Part shown: positions 21,197-30,512 of the stretch, one piece after another | How the letters are laid out: each line of letters opens with the position of its first letter | Position numbering within the stretch: the stretch's first letter is position 1 | The notes under the pieces: generated by a model | The model's database searches: none | Seen by the model: only the letters and a program-made list of their open reading frames with translations | What the model was told of the DNA's origin: nothing | Assembly: GCA_965223265.1 (NCBI GenBank) | Contig: OZ244999.1 | Location: 1,216,001-1,280,000, forward strand | Direction of reading: 5' to 3' | Length of the DNA: 64,000 bases | Source: Planctomycetota bacterium | Lineage (GTDB): Bacteria > Planctomycetota > UBA8108 > SXIK01 | Made by a program: the position numbers and the translations under genes

Positions 21197-21592
21197 AGAT
21201 GATGCCGAACGCGTGGAAACGCAGGGGTGGACGGCGGTTGTAAGTTACCTAACGGGACACGTTCTTCTGCGGGCGTTTTTCGCTTTCCACACAGGTGGGA
21301 GACGTCTTGACCGGCGACGATCAAGATCCCGCGCTTGCGTTCTAATTGGTGTCGATGAGTCGCTGATCTTCGCGCGTCGTTTGGCGGGTTCGGCGCGGCT
21401 TGAGCCGACGGTCTTCCAGCTGACGGTGTCACCGACTCTCACAACCGTCGAGTCGAGCCCGCGCGGGAAAGACGGACGGCGGGATGTCCAAGATCTGAAG
21501 TAGTCGAGCTGGCGACCGCGCGGTAACATTGCGGGAGAAGGCTTTGGTCGGCCTTATGGTTAGGTTTTAACGAGGACAATCGGCGCACTGCT

Positions 21593-24172
21593 ATGTGCGG
21601 AAACTCCTTCTTACGCTTGGCTGTCGGCGTGGGGCTACTGGGATTCTCTGCCCTCGTTCCGAACGTTCAAGCTGACGAGTCCTATGGCCACGCTCCCGGA
21701 ACCGTGCCGTACGACTTCTCGGACAGGTTCTACAGGGCCCACGGCATCGATCCGGCCGGGCTCACCCTCCGCGTGACCGAACGAGGCGGCGGCGCGGGTG
21801 CCGTGATCGAAGGCAAGGCGCCTGATCCAACCCGCAGCAAAGTTCGCATCATCGCCACCAACGGCGGGTTCGACGCCGGTGGCGCGCTTCTTTTCTATCC
21901 GGATCCCCCCGCCTTCATCACGGAGGCCGCCTTCATGGACAACGCTGCGGGGCGTCACGCCCGGCAGCTCGCTGACCAGTTCCGCGCCTACATCTTTCCG
22001 CTGAAGGACGGCGATCCCTTCTCCCCGGCGCCGCCCAACCGTCGCCAGGACAACCTTTTCGATACCGGCCTCGGCTACCTGACTCACAACCCCCTCGGGC
22101 TGTGGACCCTGCAGTTCGTTGAATACACGGACGCAGCGCTCAACGGCGGCACATCCGAGCAGGATGCGCTCATGGCTGAGATGGAGGCCCGCAACGGCCT
22201 TGATCTTGACGGGACACCGGTGATACGGCGCAAGCATGAAGTCTTCGCGCTCGAGGAGGCAGGGCTGATCCATCTGTACACACGTGACAAGGAGACGTTC
22301 GAGAACGGACCGCCATGGGTCGTCTGACCGACTCTCATCGACCCCCGTGAGGGGTCAGTAGCCGCCGACGCGTTCTTGGTCCCGACCATTGATCAAGAGG
22401 TCATTGATAACTTTAACTGCCTGCAGGCGACCGGCGACTTCTGCGACTCGCGGCGCATTGAGTTGCAGCCGTTCGTGATGCAGCTGCCGCGGCTCGTGGA
22501 TGCCGATACCGCGACGGACCGGTTCGGCAACTCGATCCGAGTCGATGCGCTCCCGAACATGCCGTTTTCCAACTCGGGTCGGCCACACCAGCGCTTCGAA
22601 GAGTTTGCTCCGCAGAAGCTCTATGAGGTGCATGTTCGCCCGATGCCGTGGCGGTTTCACCCTGATCTCGCACCGAGCATGATCTGGGGTTACTCCGACT
22701 TGTCGCCTGGACCACTTTACAAGGCACGCTACGGTGCGCCGATCGTTGTGCGTCAGTACAACGACCTCAATCCCGGTGGCGACGGCACTGGTTTCGGTCG
22801 TCCCGAGACGATCACCCACCTGCACAACGCGCACACAGCTTCGGAATCCGACGGTTTTCCTGGCGATTTCTATCCGGGGCTGGAAAGCACAAACACCGAT
22901 GCCGGTCCTGACGCTCTCATGGGAACCGCTGACGACATCGACGTGGGAGCCGTCCACCCCGGTGAGGACTACATCATGGGGAATGAGGACGACTACCTGA
23001 CGGGAGCTGTCGGGGAGTTCCACGACTACCACTACGCAAACGTATTGGCCGGCGGCGATCCGAACGAAGCGCTCAACACGTTGTGGTACCACGATCACCG
23101 CGGCGACTTCACGGCCCAAAACGTCTACAAGGGCCTGATCGGGATGTATCTTCTGTTCGACGAAGTCGATTCCGGTGACGAGACAGATCCCAATCCGAAG
23201 GCACTTCGGCTACCAAGCGGCGACTACGACGTCCCGCTGGTGTTCGGCGACAAGTCGTTCGACGACACGCCCGACCACCAGTTGTTCATGGATGTGTTCA
23301 ACTTCGACGGGTTCCTCGGCAACCACGACACCGTCAACGGCGCCGTCGATCCCTACATGGAGGTCGACCGCCGCAAGTATCGCTTCCGGCTGCTGAACAC
23401 GGGACCGTCGCGATTCTATCAGTTCGTTCTCTCAAACGGTGAGCCGCTGGTGATGGTTGCCAATGACGGCAATCTTCTCAAACACCCGGTCAGAATGGAC
23501 GACGGCGTCAAAATCACCCCAGCTGAGCGCATGGACGTCATCATCGACTTCTCCGACACCGAAATCGGCGACACGATCTACCTGATCAACGTCATGGATC
23601 AGTGGCATGGCGCTGGACCGACTGGAATCGTTCTCGACGTTGACGAGGGCGATCCGGTCCTTGAGTTTCGAGTCACGGGCGACGCCCCGGATCCGAGTCG
23701 AGTGCCGAGAAAGCTTCGTGAACGCACCAAGATTCACGCCAGCGAAGTCGAACGAACGCGGCTGTTCGAGTTCGACAACCAAACGGACGGGTGGACGATC
23801 AACGGTCGACAGTTCGACGCCAATCGGGTCGATGAGGTGGTGCCACTCGGCGCGACGGAGGAATGGACCCTGCGGAACATGGCCGAGGATTGGGATCATC
23901 CCGTTCATATCCATCTCGAGGAGCATCAGATCGTCACGCGCAACGGCAAGAAGCCTCCGCAGCACGAGCGCGGTCGCAAGGATGTGACCGTCATCGGACC
24001 AGGGGAAGAAGTCGTGATCCGGATCAGGATACGCGACTGGACCGGTCGCTATCCGCTGCACTGTCACAACACAGTCCATGAGGATCACGCGATGCTCATT
24101 CGTTGGGACGTTGTCGATTTTGGTGACGGTGAAGACGACGACGGTGAGAGACGAGGAAGACGAAGTCGATGA
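21593..24172 (+). CDS. Candidate selenoprotein: exported multicopper oxidase (bilirubin oxidase/CotA-like) fused to an unknown N-terminal domain; TGA 22325-22327 read as Sec245 (859 aa)
   Basis: ORFs 21593-22327 and 22376-24172 share a frame with a single TGA and an open linker (GPPWVV-U-PTLIDPREGSVAADAFL). A SECIS-like hairpin follows. All four Cu motifs are present: HLH, WYHDH, HPVHIH, HCHNTVHEDHAM. The only signal peptide is on the upstream part. Confidence 0.75.
22340..22356 (+). promoter_or_regulatory. Putative bacterial SECIS element (MCO gene)
   Basis: gacccc-CGTGA-ggggtc; the loop begins 18 nt after the in-frame TGA, with G as its second base. Confidence 0.72.
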
Positions 24173-24948
24173 GCACGACAGAGTCGTTCAGCGTTTCGAG
24201 CTTCCATGTCCGCGTCGCGATGTTCGGGCTTGTGGCACTGCTTGGAACGACGGTAGCGGCACTGTTCTCTTCCTGTACGCGCGTGTCGACAGCCGACAAC
24301 CCGTCGGAGACTTTGGGCGCGACAACTGAACTTGACCCGGCGGCCTACTACGATCCGCCCACTGTCGATGCGAAGCTTCCGAAGACGTTCACCCGCAGCA
24401 GAGCGGCGCCCGACTTTCCCAACGTCACGCTCATCGATCAGGATGGGAAGGAGGTGAAGTTCTACGATGACCTCGTCAAGGACAAGATCGTCGTCATTAA
24501 CTTCATGTTTGCGACCTGCCAGGGGACGTGACCTCTGACCACCGCGAACCTCGTGAAGGTTCGAGACAATTTGGGGGATCGATTCGGTGAAGACTTCTTC
24601 TTCGTATCGATCACGCTCCTTCCCTCAGAGGATTCGCCGGCGGTCCTCCGCCGATTCGCCGAGCGCTACGGGATTCCGGACAAGCCCGGTTGGACCTTCG
24701 TCACGGGTCGCCCGAGAGATATCGAGCTGTTGCGAAAACGTCTCGGCTTTTCCTACGTCGATCGGAAGCTCGATGCCGATCGCACCAATCACATCCGACT
24801 CGTCCTTGTGGGCAACGAACCCTACCGCTGGTGGGGGACGCTTCCTGGCGCGGATATGTCATCGAATCAGATCACGCAGTACCTCAAGTGGATGGACCCC
24901 GGGGTGTCGGGCATGAAGACGCCGCAGACGATCTCCCGGCGAGAGTAG
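24169..24948 (+). CDS. Candidate selenoprotein: SCO1/SenC-family copper chaperone with CxxxU motif; TGA 24529-24531 read as Sec121 (259 aa)
   Basis: FPNVTLIDQDGKEVKFYDDLVKDKIVVINFMFATCQGT-U-PLTTANL continues in frame into SITLLP..DSP..L, GWTFVTG and the His in RTNH. ATGA overlap with the MCO stop. Confidence 0.85.
24545..24563 (+). promoter_or_regulatory. Putative bacterial SECIS element (SCO gene)
   Basis: cgaacct-CGTGA-aggttcg, a perfect 7-bp stem; the loop begins 20 nt after the TGA and is identical to the loop at 22346. Confidence 0.78.
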
Positions 24949-24955
24949 ACGCGTC

Positions 24956-25660
24956 ATGCCTATTCTGATCAACAAAAAGTCCTGGTTGGGAGTGGGAGCG
25001 TTGGCGGCGCTAGCGCTCTGGTTCTGGCTCACTCCGGGTGCCGACCATAGTGAAAGCACCCGCGTGAATGAAGCCGCGCCGGATGCAGCAGGCGCACTGC
25101 GGCACGCAGAATCTGCAGAGAGCACGGTGACGGAGATCGCATCGACCGAGGCGCCGAACGAGCGTGGGAGCGACCCGGCGTGGAATCCCGGGGGCCCGAG
25201 CGAACCCACCGTCGAGGACGTTCAGCAGTGGGGATGGCTCGTGGATGACCTTGACCGGTTGATCGACGAGACCCGCCCCAAGGCACGCAGACGCCTCGAC
25301 GCCGGTGACTTCGCCAGGAAGTACCTACGGGCTAGCCTCGAGTACTTGAAGCTCGACGAAGAGGAAGGAGTGCGATTCGAGACGGCCGTGCGAGAGGGCT
25401 TGAAGGCCATCGAAGAGGCACGAGAAGAAATGCACAACGTTCGAGCGGCGACGGCGTACGAAGAAGCCCAGCCCCGTTCGATTCAGGTGTGGAAGGACAG
25501 CCAGGGTGAGTTCCTAAGACGGCAGAAGGAGGCGGCGCATCGCATCGTCGCATCCCTGCCCGTTCGGCCTCGCACGACTCTGATGCGGGAACAGGCGCTC
25601 AGGTGGATTCTCCGCTGCGACTTCGGAATCCGGCACGCAAGTCGCCCGCCGCGCCTTTAG
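24956..25660 (+). CDS. Hypothetical membrane-anchored helical protein, probable third gene of the MCO-SCO operon
   Basis: Starts 7 bp after the SCO stop; N-terminal TM (WLGVGALAALALWFWL), low-complexity linker, helical C-terminus. Confidence 0.7.
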   Translation: MPILINKKSWLGVGALAALALWFWLTPGADHSESTRVNEAAPDAAGALRHAESAESTVTEIASTEAPNERGSDPAWNPGGPSEPTVEDVQQWGWLVDDLDRLIDETRPKARRRLDAGDFARKYLRASLEYLKLDEEEGVRFETAVREGLKAIEEAREEMHNVRAATAYEEAQPRSIQVWKDSQGEFLRRQKEAAHRIVASLPVRPRTTLMREQALRWILRCDFGIRHASRPPRL

Positions 25661-25687
25661 GAGGCGTACCCTTGCTCCCCCGACAGA

Positions 25688-25873
25688 TCAGGCGGAGGCT
25701 CCACCGTCCACTGCGAGCGTCGCTCCGGAGACAGACGCCACACCAAGGGCGACGTTCTCGCCCTCGTTGGCGAAGAGAATCGCCGTGGCGCGTCCGATCC
25801 CCGAAGCTGCGCCAGTGACGCGGGCCGCCTGACCGTGTAGACGACCTTGATCGTTGGATTGGGCGTTGTTCAT
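25688..25873 (-). pseudogene. Internally deleted short-chain dehydrogenase (SDR) remnant
   Basis: VTGAASGIGRATA (N-terminal Rossmann motif) is joined almost directly to the C-terminal VSGATLAVDGG; no YxxxK core. Confidence 0.75.
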
Positions 25874-26147
25874 CGAAGTTCCTGGAAGCTGGCTTGCGTC
25901 TCCTCGGCTGCGGGGAGAGCGCTGTGTCTATATCCCCATATTTCGCATCCTACCCTGGCGAAAGCACCACTATCCAGTCGCTGGAGTCTCACTTGCAAAC
26001 GTCTGACGCTGCTCTATGTTGTAGAGATTCAACAGACAACCGCTGGGCTGCTTTCGGGCTGTTTAATGTACGCTCCTCTCCCTACGGCCCGCCCGCCGCG
26101 GGGGAGCCTCTGCGAGAGTTACCGCCAATGGACAACGGAGAAACTCT

Positions 26148-27011
26148 ATGAGAACGCACATTCTATTGCTGGCAATCGCGATCGGTGGTTTTTCGCTGGG
26201 CACCCAAGCCGTTGTCCACGGCGACGACGCACTGAACGCACGGGTTGCGGCCGCATTGCCGACGGTTGAGGCAGTCGCCAAGGCGGCGAAGGCGGAGAAG
26301 ACCTATCTCGAAGTCGACGGTCGCCCTGCGTTTCTGATGCGTCCTCGAGGGAAGAAGCCATCGGCGCCGATGCCGTGGGTGTGGTACGCCCCGACGATCG
26401 GCGGACAGCCGAGGCCTGCCCACGTCTGGATGTTTCGGCGGTTCCTGGCCAAGGGCATCGCCATCGCCGGCATCGACGTCGGCGAATCGATGGGCAACCC
26501 CAAGGGCCGAGCTGTCTACAGCGCATTTCACAAGTTGCTCACCGAAAAGCACGGATTCGCGAAGAAGGCGAACCTCATGCCCCAAAGTCGCGGCGGGCTG
26601 ATGCTCTACAACTGGGCCGCCGAGAATCCTGACCACGTCGCGTGCCTCGCCGGCATCTACACCGTTTGCGACATGAGCGTTTGGCCAGGGCTCAAGCGCG
26701 CCGGGGTCGCGTACGAGATGAGTGAGAAGGAGCTCGCCGCGGTTTTGTCGAAGCACAATCCCATTGACCGACTGGCGCCTTTGGCCGAGGCCGGCGTCCC
26801 GATCCTGCACATCCATGGAGACAGCGACCGGCCCGTCCCCATCGAGCGAAACGCAGCCGAGTTGGTCAGGCGCTATCGAAAGCTAGGCGGCAAGGCCGAG
26901 CTCATCGTGGTCCCCGGCAAAGGACACGAAGAGGCAACGGAGATCTTCCAGCGCCAAGAGGTCGTTGACTTTGTGATCAAAAATGCACGGCGGGGCGAAG
27001 AGAAACGTTGA
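26148..27011 (+). CDS. Secreted alpha/beta hydrolase (esterase/S9-like)
   Basis: Signal peptide; PQSRGG nucleophile elbow, HGDSD, KGH. Confidence 0.85.
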   Translation: MRTHILLLAIAIGGFSLGTQAVVHGDDALNARVAAALPTVEAVAKAAKAEKTYLEVDGRPAFLMRPRGKKPSAPMPWVWYAPTIGGQPRPAHVWMFRRFLAKGIAIAGIDVGESMGNPKGRAVYSAFHKLLTEKHGFAKKANLMPQSRGGLMLYNWAAENPDHVACLAGIYTVCDMSVWPGLKRAGVAYEMSEKELAAVLSKHNPIDRLAPLAEAGVPILHIHGDSDRPVPIERNAAELVRRYRKLGGKAELIVVPGKGHEEATEIFQRQEVVDFVIKNARRGEEKR

Positions 27012-27123
27012 AGCGGAGATGGTACTTCGTGAGTCGACCAGTCCACCTTTAGCAGTCCGCTTTCTCGGCCGAATGACGTTTGAGCAGGCTGCTAGCCCGC
27101 GTAGGGCCATTCGGTCCACCAAA

Positions 27124-27191
27124 GTAGCAGGCACACGCCGTGTGCCGTGGCCTGACAAAAGCATGAACGGCACACGGCGTGTGCCTGCTAT
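27124..27191. repeat. Inverted REP doublet
   Basis: gtagcaggcacacgccgtgtgccgt (27124-27148), 18-nt spacer, acggcacacggcgtgtgcctgctat (27167-27191). Confidence 0.85.
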
Positions 27192-27377
27192 TTTTGGGAC
27201 AGGAGTGCTTACGAGGATTCTCTAAGGTAGAAGAAAACGCCCAAAAGACCTCCCGGCAAACTCGTCCGGGCCAGGTCGACGCGAAGTGGCCATTTGTCCA
27301 CACGGCGCCGGTTTTCCATCCGATCTGGAGGTCAAAAGTGATCGACTTTCGATCTGCGATCGCCTTGCGTCGGTCGC

Positions 27378-28289
27378 ATGGTCGCGGAGGCTAAGTCGAC
27401 TCGCGTGAAGCATCGGTTTTATCTAACGATCGGAGCGATCTTCCGCGACGAGAATCCTTATTTTCGGGAGTGGATCGCCTTCCACCAATCGGTTGGTGTC
27501 GACCATTTTGTCCTCTACAACAACTGCAGTACGGACGCATCGCTCGAAACACTCAGGCCCTACGTTGACGCCGGCCTGGTAGAGATCGTCGACTGGCCAA
27601 TCCCGTTTCATCAGCGTGCGGTTGTCAAATCGTACGCTGACTGTCTCGACCGCGTCCGCGGAACGACCCGCTGGTTGGCTCTGATTGATCTCGACGAATT
27701 TCTCTTTTCCCCCAGCGACGGTACGTTGCCATCGGTGCTCGCCGAGTTCGAATTCGCGCCGGGAATCGTGGTCAACTGGCAGAATTACGGATCGGCTGGT
27801 CACGAGCGGATGACAGACGAGCCAGTGACGTCTCGATTTCAATGGCGCGCTCACACGAATTGGATTCGAAACCAGCGCGTCAAATCTATCTTTGATCCCG
27901 AACGCACCGTCGCGCCCATCAACGGTCATGTGTTTCGCTTCGAAGATGATGCGTTGGCAGTCAACGAACTGAAGCAGCGTATGCGAACCACTCGCTATCC
28001 GACGGTAAAGAAGCGGCTATTTCCTCTCATGCGGCTCCTTGGTCCCTGCCTAAGATGCGTCGACCCTTACGGCACCCAAGGGGTGGCAAGTCGTTGCGTC
28101 TCGGTTGACCGCTTGCGAATCAATCACTATCCGATCAAATCACGCCAAGAGTTTGATCGCAAAGCCAAATTGAAACAGGAGCTGCAAAGGTATCGGTTTG
28201 TCGATTACTTTGCCTACCATGATCGAAACGACGTGTTCGATCCGATTCTCGCCGAGTGGAGCGCCGTGCAGGTGGTGAGCGACGACTAA
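27378..28289 (+). CDS. Glycosyltransferase family 92-like protein
   Basis: AIFRDENPYFREWIAFH..GVDHFVLYNNCSTD, LIDLDEF, RINHY. Confidence 0.85.
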   Translation: MVAEAKSTRVKHRFYLTIGAIFRDENPYFREWIAFHQSVGVDHFVLYNNCSTDASLETLRPYVDAGLVEIVDWPIPFHQRAVVKSYADCLDRVRGTTRWLALIDLDEFLFSPSDGTLPSVLAEFEFAPGIVVNWQNYGSAGHERMTDEPVTSRFQWRAHTNWIRNQRVKSIFDPERTVAPINGHVFRFEDDALAVNELKQRMRTTRYPTVKKRLFPLMRLLGPCLRCVDPYGTQGVASRCVSVDRLRINHYPIKSRQEFDRKAKLKQELQRYRFVDYFAYHDRNDVFDPILAEWSAVQVVSDD

Positions 28290-28377
28290 CCGCCGACCGT
28301 TTTTGCGTCGTCGCCGAAAAGATTTCTCGCTAGTGAGAGCGATTCTGGCGCCGTGGACTCTGTCGGGCGGCGACTGA

Positions 28378-28773
28378 TTAATCTGCCGCTTTCGGATGCG
28401 GCACGTGCTGGTCGACCAGAATCGGGTTGCCGTCCGGGTCGACAACCACAAAGCTCGCCGGTCCAGTCGTCGATTCGTCGGCGCGCGTCGTGATCTCGAC
28501 GCCACTGGTTTCTAAGCGACGTTGTAGATCTCGAACGTCCTGGAATTCCTTCGGATGATTCTCGGGGTCGTTCGACCAGCCCGGGTTGAAGGTCAAAATG
28601 TTCTTTTCGAACATGCCCTGGAAAAGCCCGATCGTACTGGTCGCGTTGCGAAGAATCAGCCAGTTCTGCGCCGCGTCACCACCAATTGTCTCGAAGCCGA
28701 GCCTTTCGTAGAATGCCTGAGACGCCGCCAGGTCTTTCACCGCCAAACTCACGGAGAATGCACCTAACTCCAT
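28378..28773 (-). CDS. VOC/glyoxalase family protein
   Basis: [18 protein letters not shown]...[12 protein letters not shown]. Confidence 0.92.
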   Translation of the reverse strand: MELGAFSVSLAVKDLAASQAFYERLGFETIGGDAAQNWLILRNATSTIGLFQGMFEKNILTFNPGWSNDPENHPKEFQDVRDLQRRLETSGVEITTRADESTTGPASFVVVDPDGNPILVDQHVPHPKAAD

Positions 28774-28922
28774 TTTTTTGGGTCCTTTCGTCGATTGGTA
28801 TTCTCAGAGTAGGATTCACGCCTCCGGTCGAATCGCAAAGCCTTCCTTGCCACGATACGACTTACGGCTCCTCGCTACGGATTCTGGTAATGCGGGCTAG
28901 CAGGCAGGGGTTGGCGAGCAAG

Positions 28923-29471
28923 ATGAGAGATCAGAAAACTACAACTCGAGGGACTTTGAGAGTGGTGCGAGAGACAGCTGCACCGAGTCTCTCTCGTTCG
29001 CAGACGATTGTGGTTTATCAGGCTCAAGGCACTCGTGACGCAGTCGAGCAGCGTTTGCACTCGGCTCGCAGTTTGCGGGAATTCGCCGAACTGTCGCGAA
29101 CGTATGATTTCGACTCGAGGAGAGATCACTCCGCTCGCTTTCAGCTCGGTGATGAGTTCTATCTGCTGGTGGATCATAGCCGTGCTGTCAGTTGGGGATG
29201 GGTGGCTCGGGCACGTTCGTTCTACATTGAGGAGATCGATCGCACCGTAAACCTCGTAAGTACTCTCCTGTACGACTTCTTCACACCAGTCGAATTTCGC
29301 GGTAAGGGTTATTACTCGACCTTGCTGAAAGAAATGAGAAAGTGCGTGAACGATCGACGCCTCACAATCTTTGCTCTCGAGGACAACACTGCGTCGGTGA
29401 AGGGAATCCAGAGAGCGGGCTTCGGGAAGGTGGGGGACTTTCGTTGGTCGTCAGGTGCTTTCGTTCTCTGA
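28923..29471 (+). CDS. GNAT-family acetyltransferase
   Basis: YDFFTPVEFRGKGYY and NTASVKGIQRAGF motifs. The start is uncertain (28890 or 28923). Confidence 0.7.
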   Translation: MRDQKTTTRGTLRVVRETAAPSLSRSQTIVVYQAQGTRDAVEQRLHSARSLREFAELSRTYDFDSRRDHSARFQLGDEFYLLVDHSRAVSWGWVARARSFYIEEIDRTVNLVSTLLYDFFTPVEFRGKGYYSTLLKEMRKCVNDRRLTIFALEDNTASVKGIQRAGFGKVGDFRWSSGAFVL

Positions 29472-29542
29472 TCGTGGTATCGGCTGCTATTTCGCTGCGC
29501 TCTGATGATCCACCGTCCGCGTTCGCAGTTAGCAGGCCGAAT

Positions 29543-30454
29543 TCAGCGTGCCGCGAGTAGCTTGGTAGCCAACCCCACGTTCCGCAGTGAGAACGGTGAC
29601 GCCCGAAAGGCAGACCAGGCGTGCTTGCGAGCCACCTCGATATTTCCGGCACGCAGTGCCATGCTCGCCCACGTGCGGAGCGTGCTATCCCAAGACTCGT
29701 TGAAGGGGCCTGGCATTTGAAAGTCGCTGGGAAGCGATTTGCCGCAGCGACGATACGCGTCACTCACGGCGCGCCGTGAGCAGGAGAGCTGAAGTTCGCG
29801 TCGGCGGATGGTAGTGGATTTGCCGTGAACGCGACATCGCAGAAGCTGATCGTCAACGTTCGCTAACTGCCCGATTTCAGAAAGGCGAAGCCACAGATCG
29901 AGATCTTGAGCGCAAATGAACTCTTCTCGATAGGCGCCGACGCTGCGGAGCGACTGCGCACGCAACATAGCAGAGGGGTGCGGTATCGCGCCGCAACCGG
30001 TGAAGAGTTCAGCGACGATGTCATCATGAGACTGGGGAGGTTTGTGCTCGGCGAGCGGATCGCCGTCGGCGTCGATGAGCAGAAGTCTCGAACCGAGCGC
30101 GACGCACGTTGGGTGCTCGTGCATGAATTTGAGCTGAATTTTGAAACGGTGCCGTTCGGCGATGTCATCTGCATCCATCCGGGCGACAAACTCACCCCGC
30201 GCGAGGCTGACGCCTCGATTCAGAGAGTACGTCAGCCCTTTGTGTTTCTGGTCGATGAGCTGGATGCGTCGGTCCTGAGCCGCATACGAGCGACAGATTT
30301 TCAACGAGTCGTCAGTTGAGCCGTCGTTGACGATGATCCACTCGAAGTCTCTGTAAGATTGACAGAGAATACTCTCGACCGCTTCGGACAAATAGCGTGC
30401 GCCGTTAAAAACTGACATGACGACGCTGATCGAAGGTGCAGGTTTGGGCGTCAT
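29543..30454 (-). CDS. Glycosyltransferase family 2
   Basis: ISVVMSVFNG, VNDGSTD, ARMDADD, AQDLDLWLR; ATG 30454. Confidence 0.92.
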   Translation of the reverse strand: MTPKPAPSISVVMSVFNGARYLSEAVESILCQSYRDFEWIIVNDGSTDDSLKICRSYAAQDRRIQLIDQKHKGLTYSLNRGVSLARGEFVARMDADDIAERHRFKIQLKFMHEHPTCVALGSRLLLIDADGDPLAEHKPPQSHDDIVAELFTGCGAIPHPSAMLRAQSLRSVGAYREEFICAQDLDLWLRLSEIGQLANVDDQLLRCRVHGKSTTIRRRELQLSCSRRAVSDAYRRCGKSLPSDFQMPGPFNESWDSTLRTWASMALRAGNIEVARKHAWSAFRASPFSLRNVGLATKLLAAR

Positions 30455-30512
30455 CTCGCTTCCCTTGACGATCAGTTCGGTTTCGCGCGTGCTGCGGTGC
30501 TGCCCAGGGACG

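Noticed and set aside
16234-27191. Repeats as a CRISPR array
   Set aside because: They are dispersed inverted palindromes, not regularly spaced direct repeats, and no cas genes are present.
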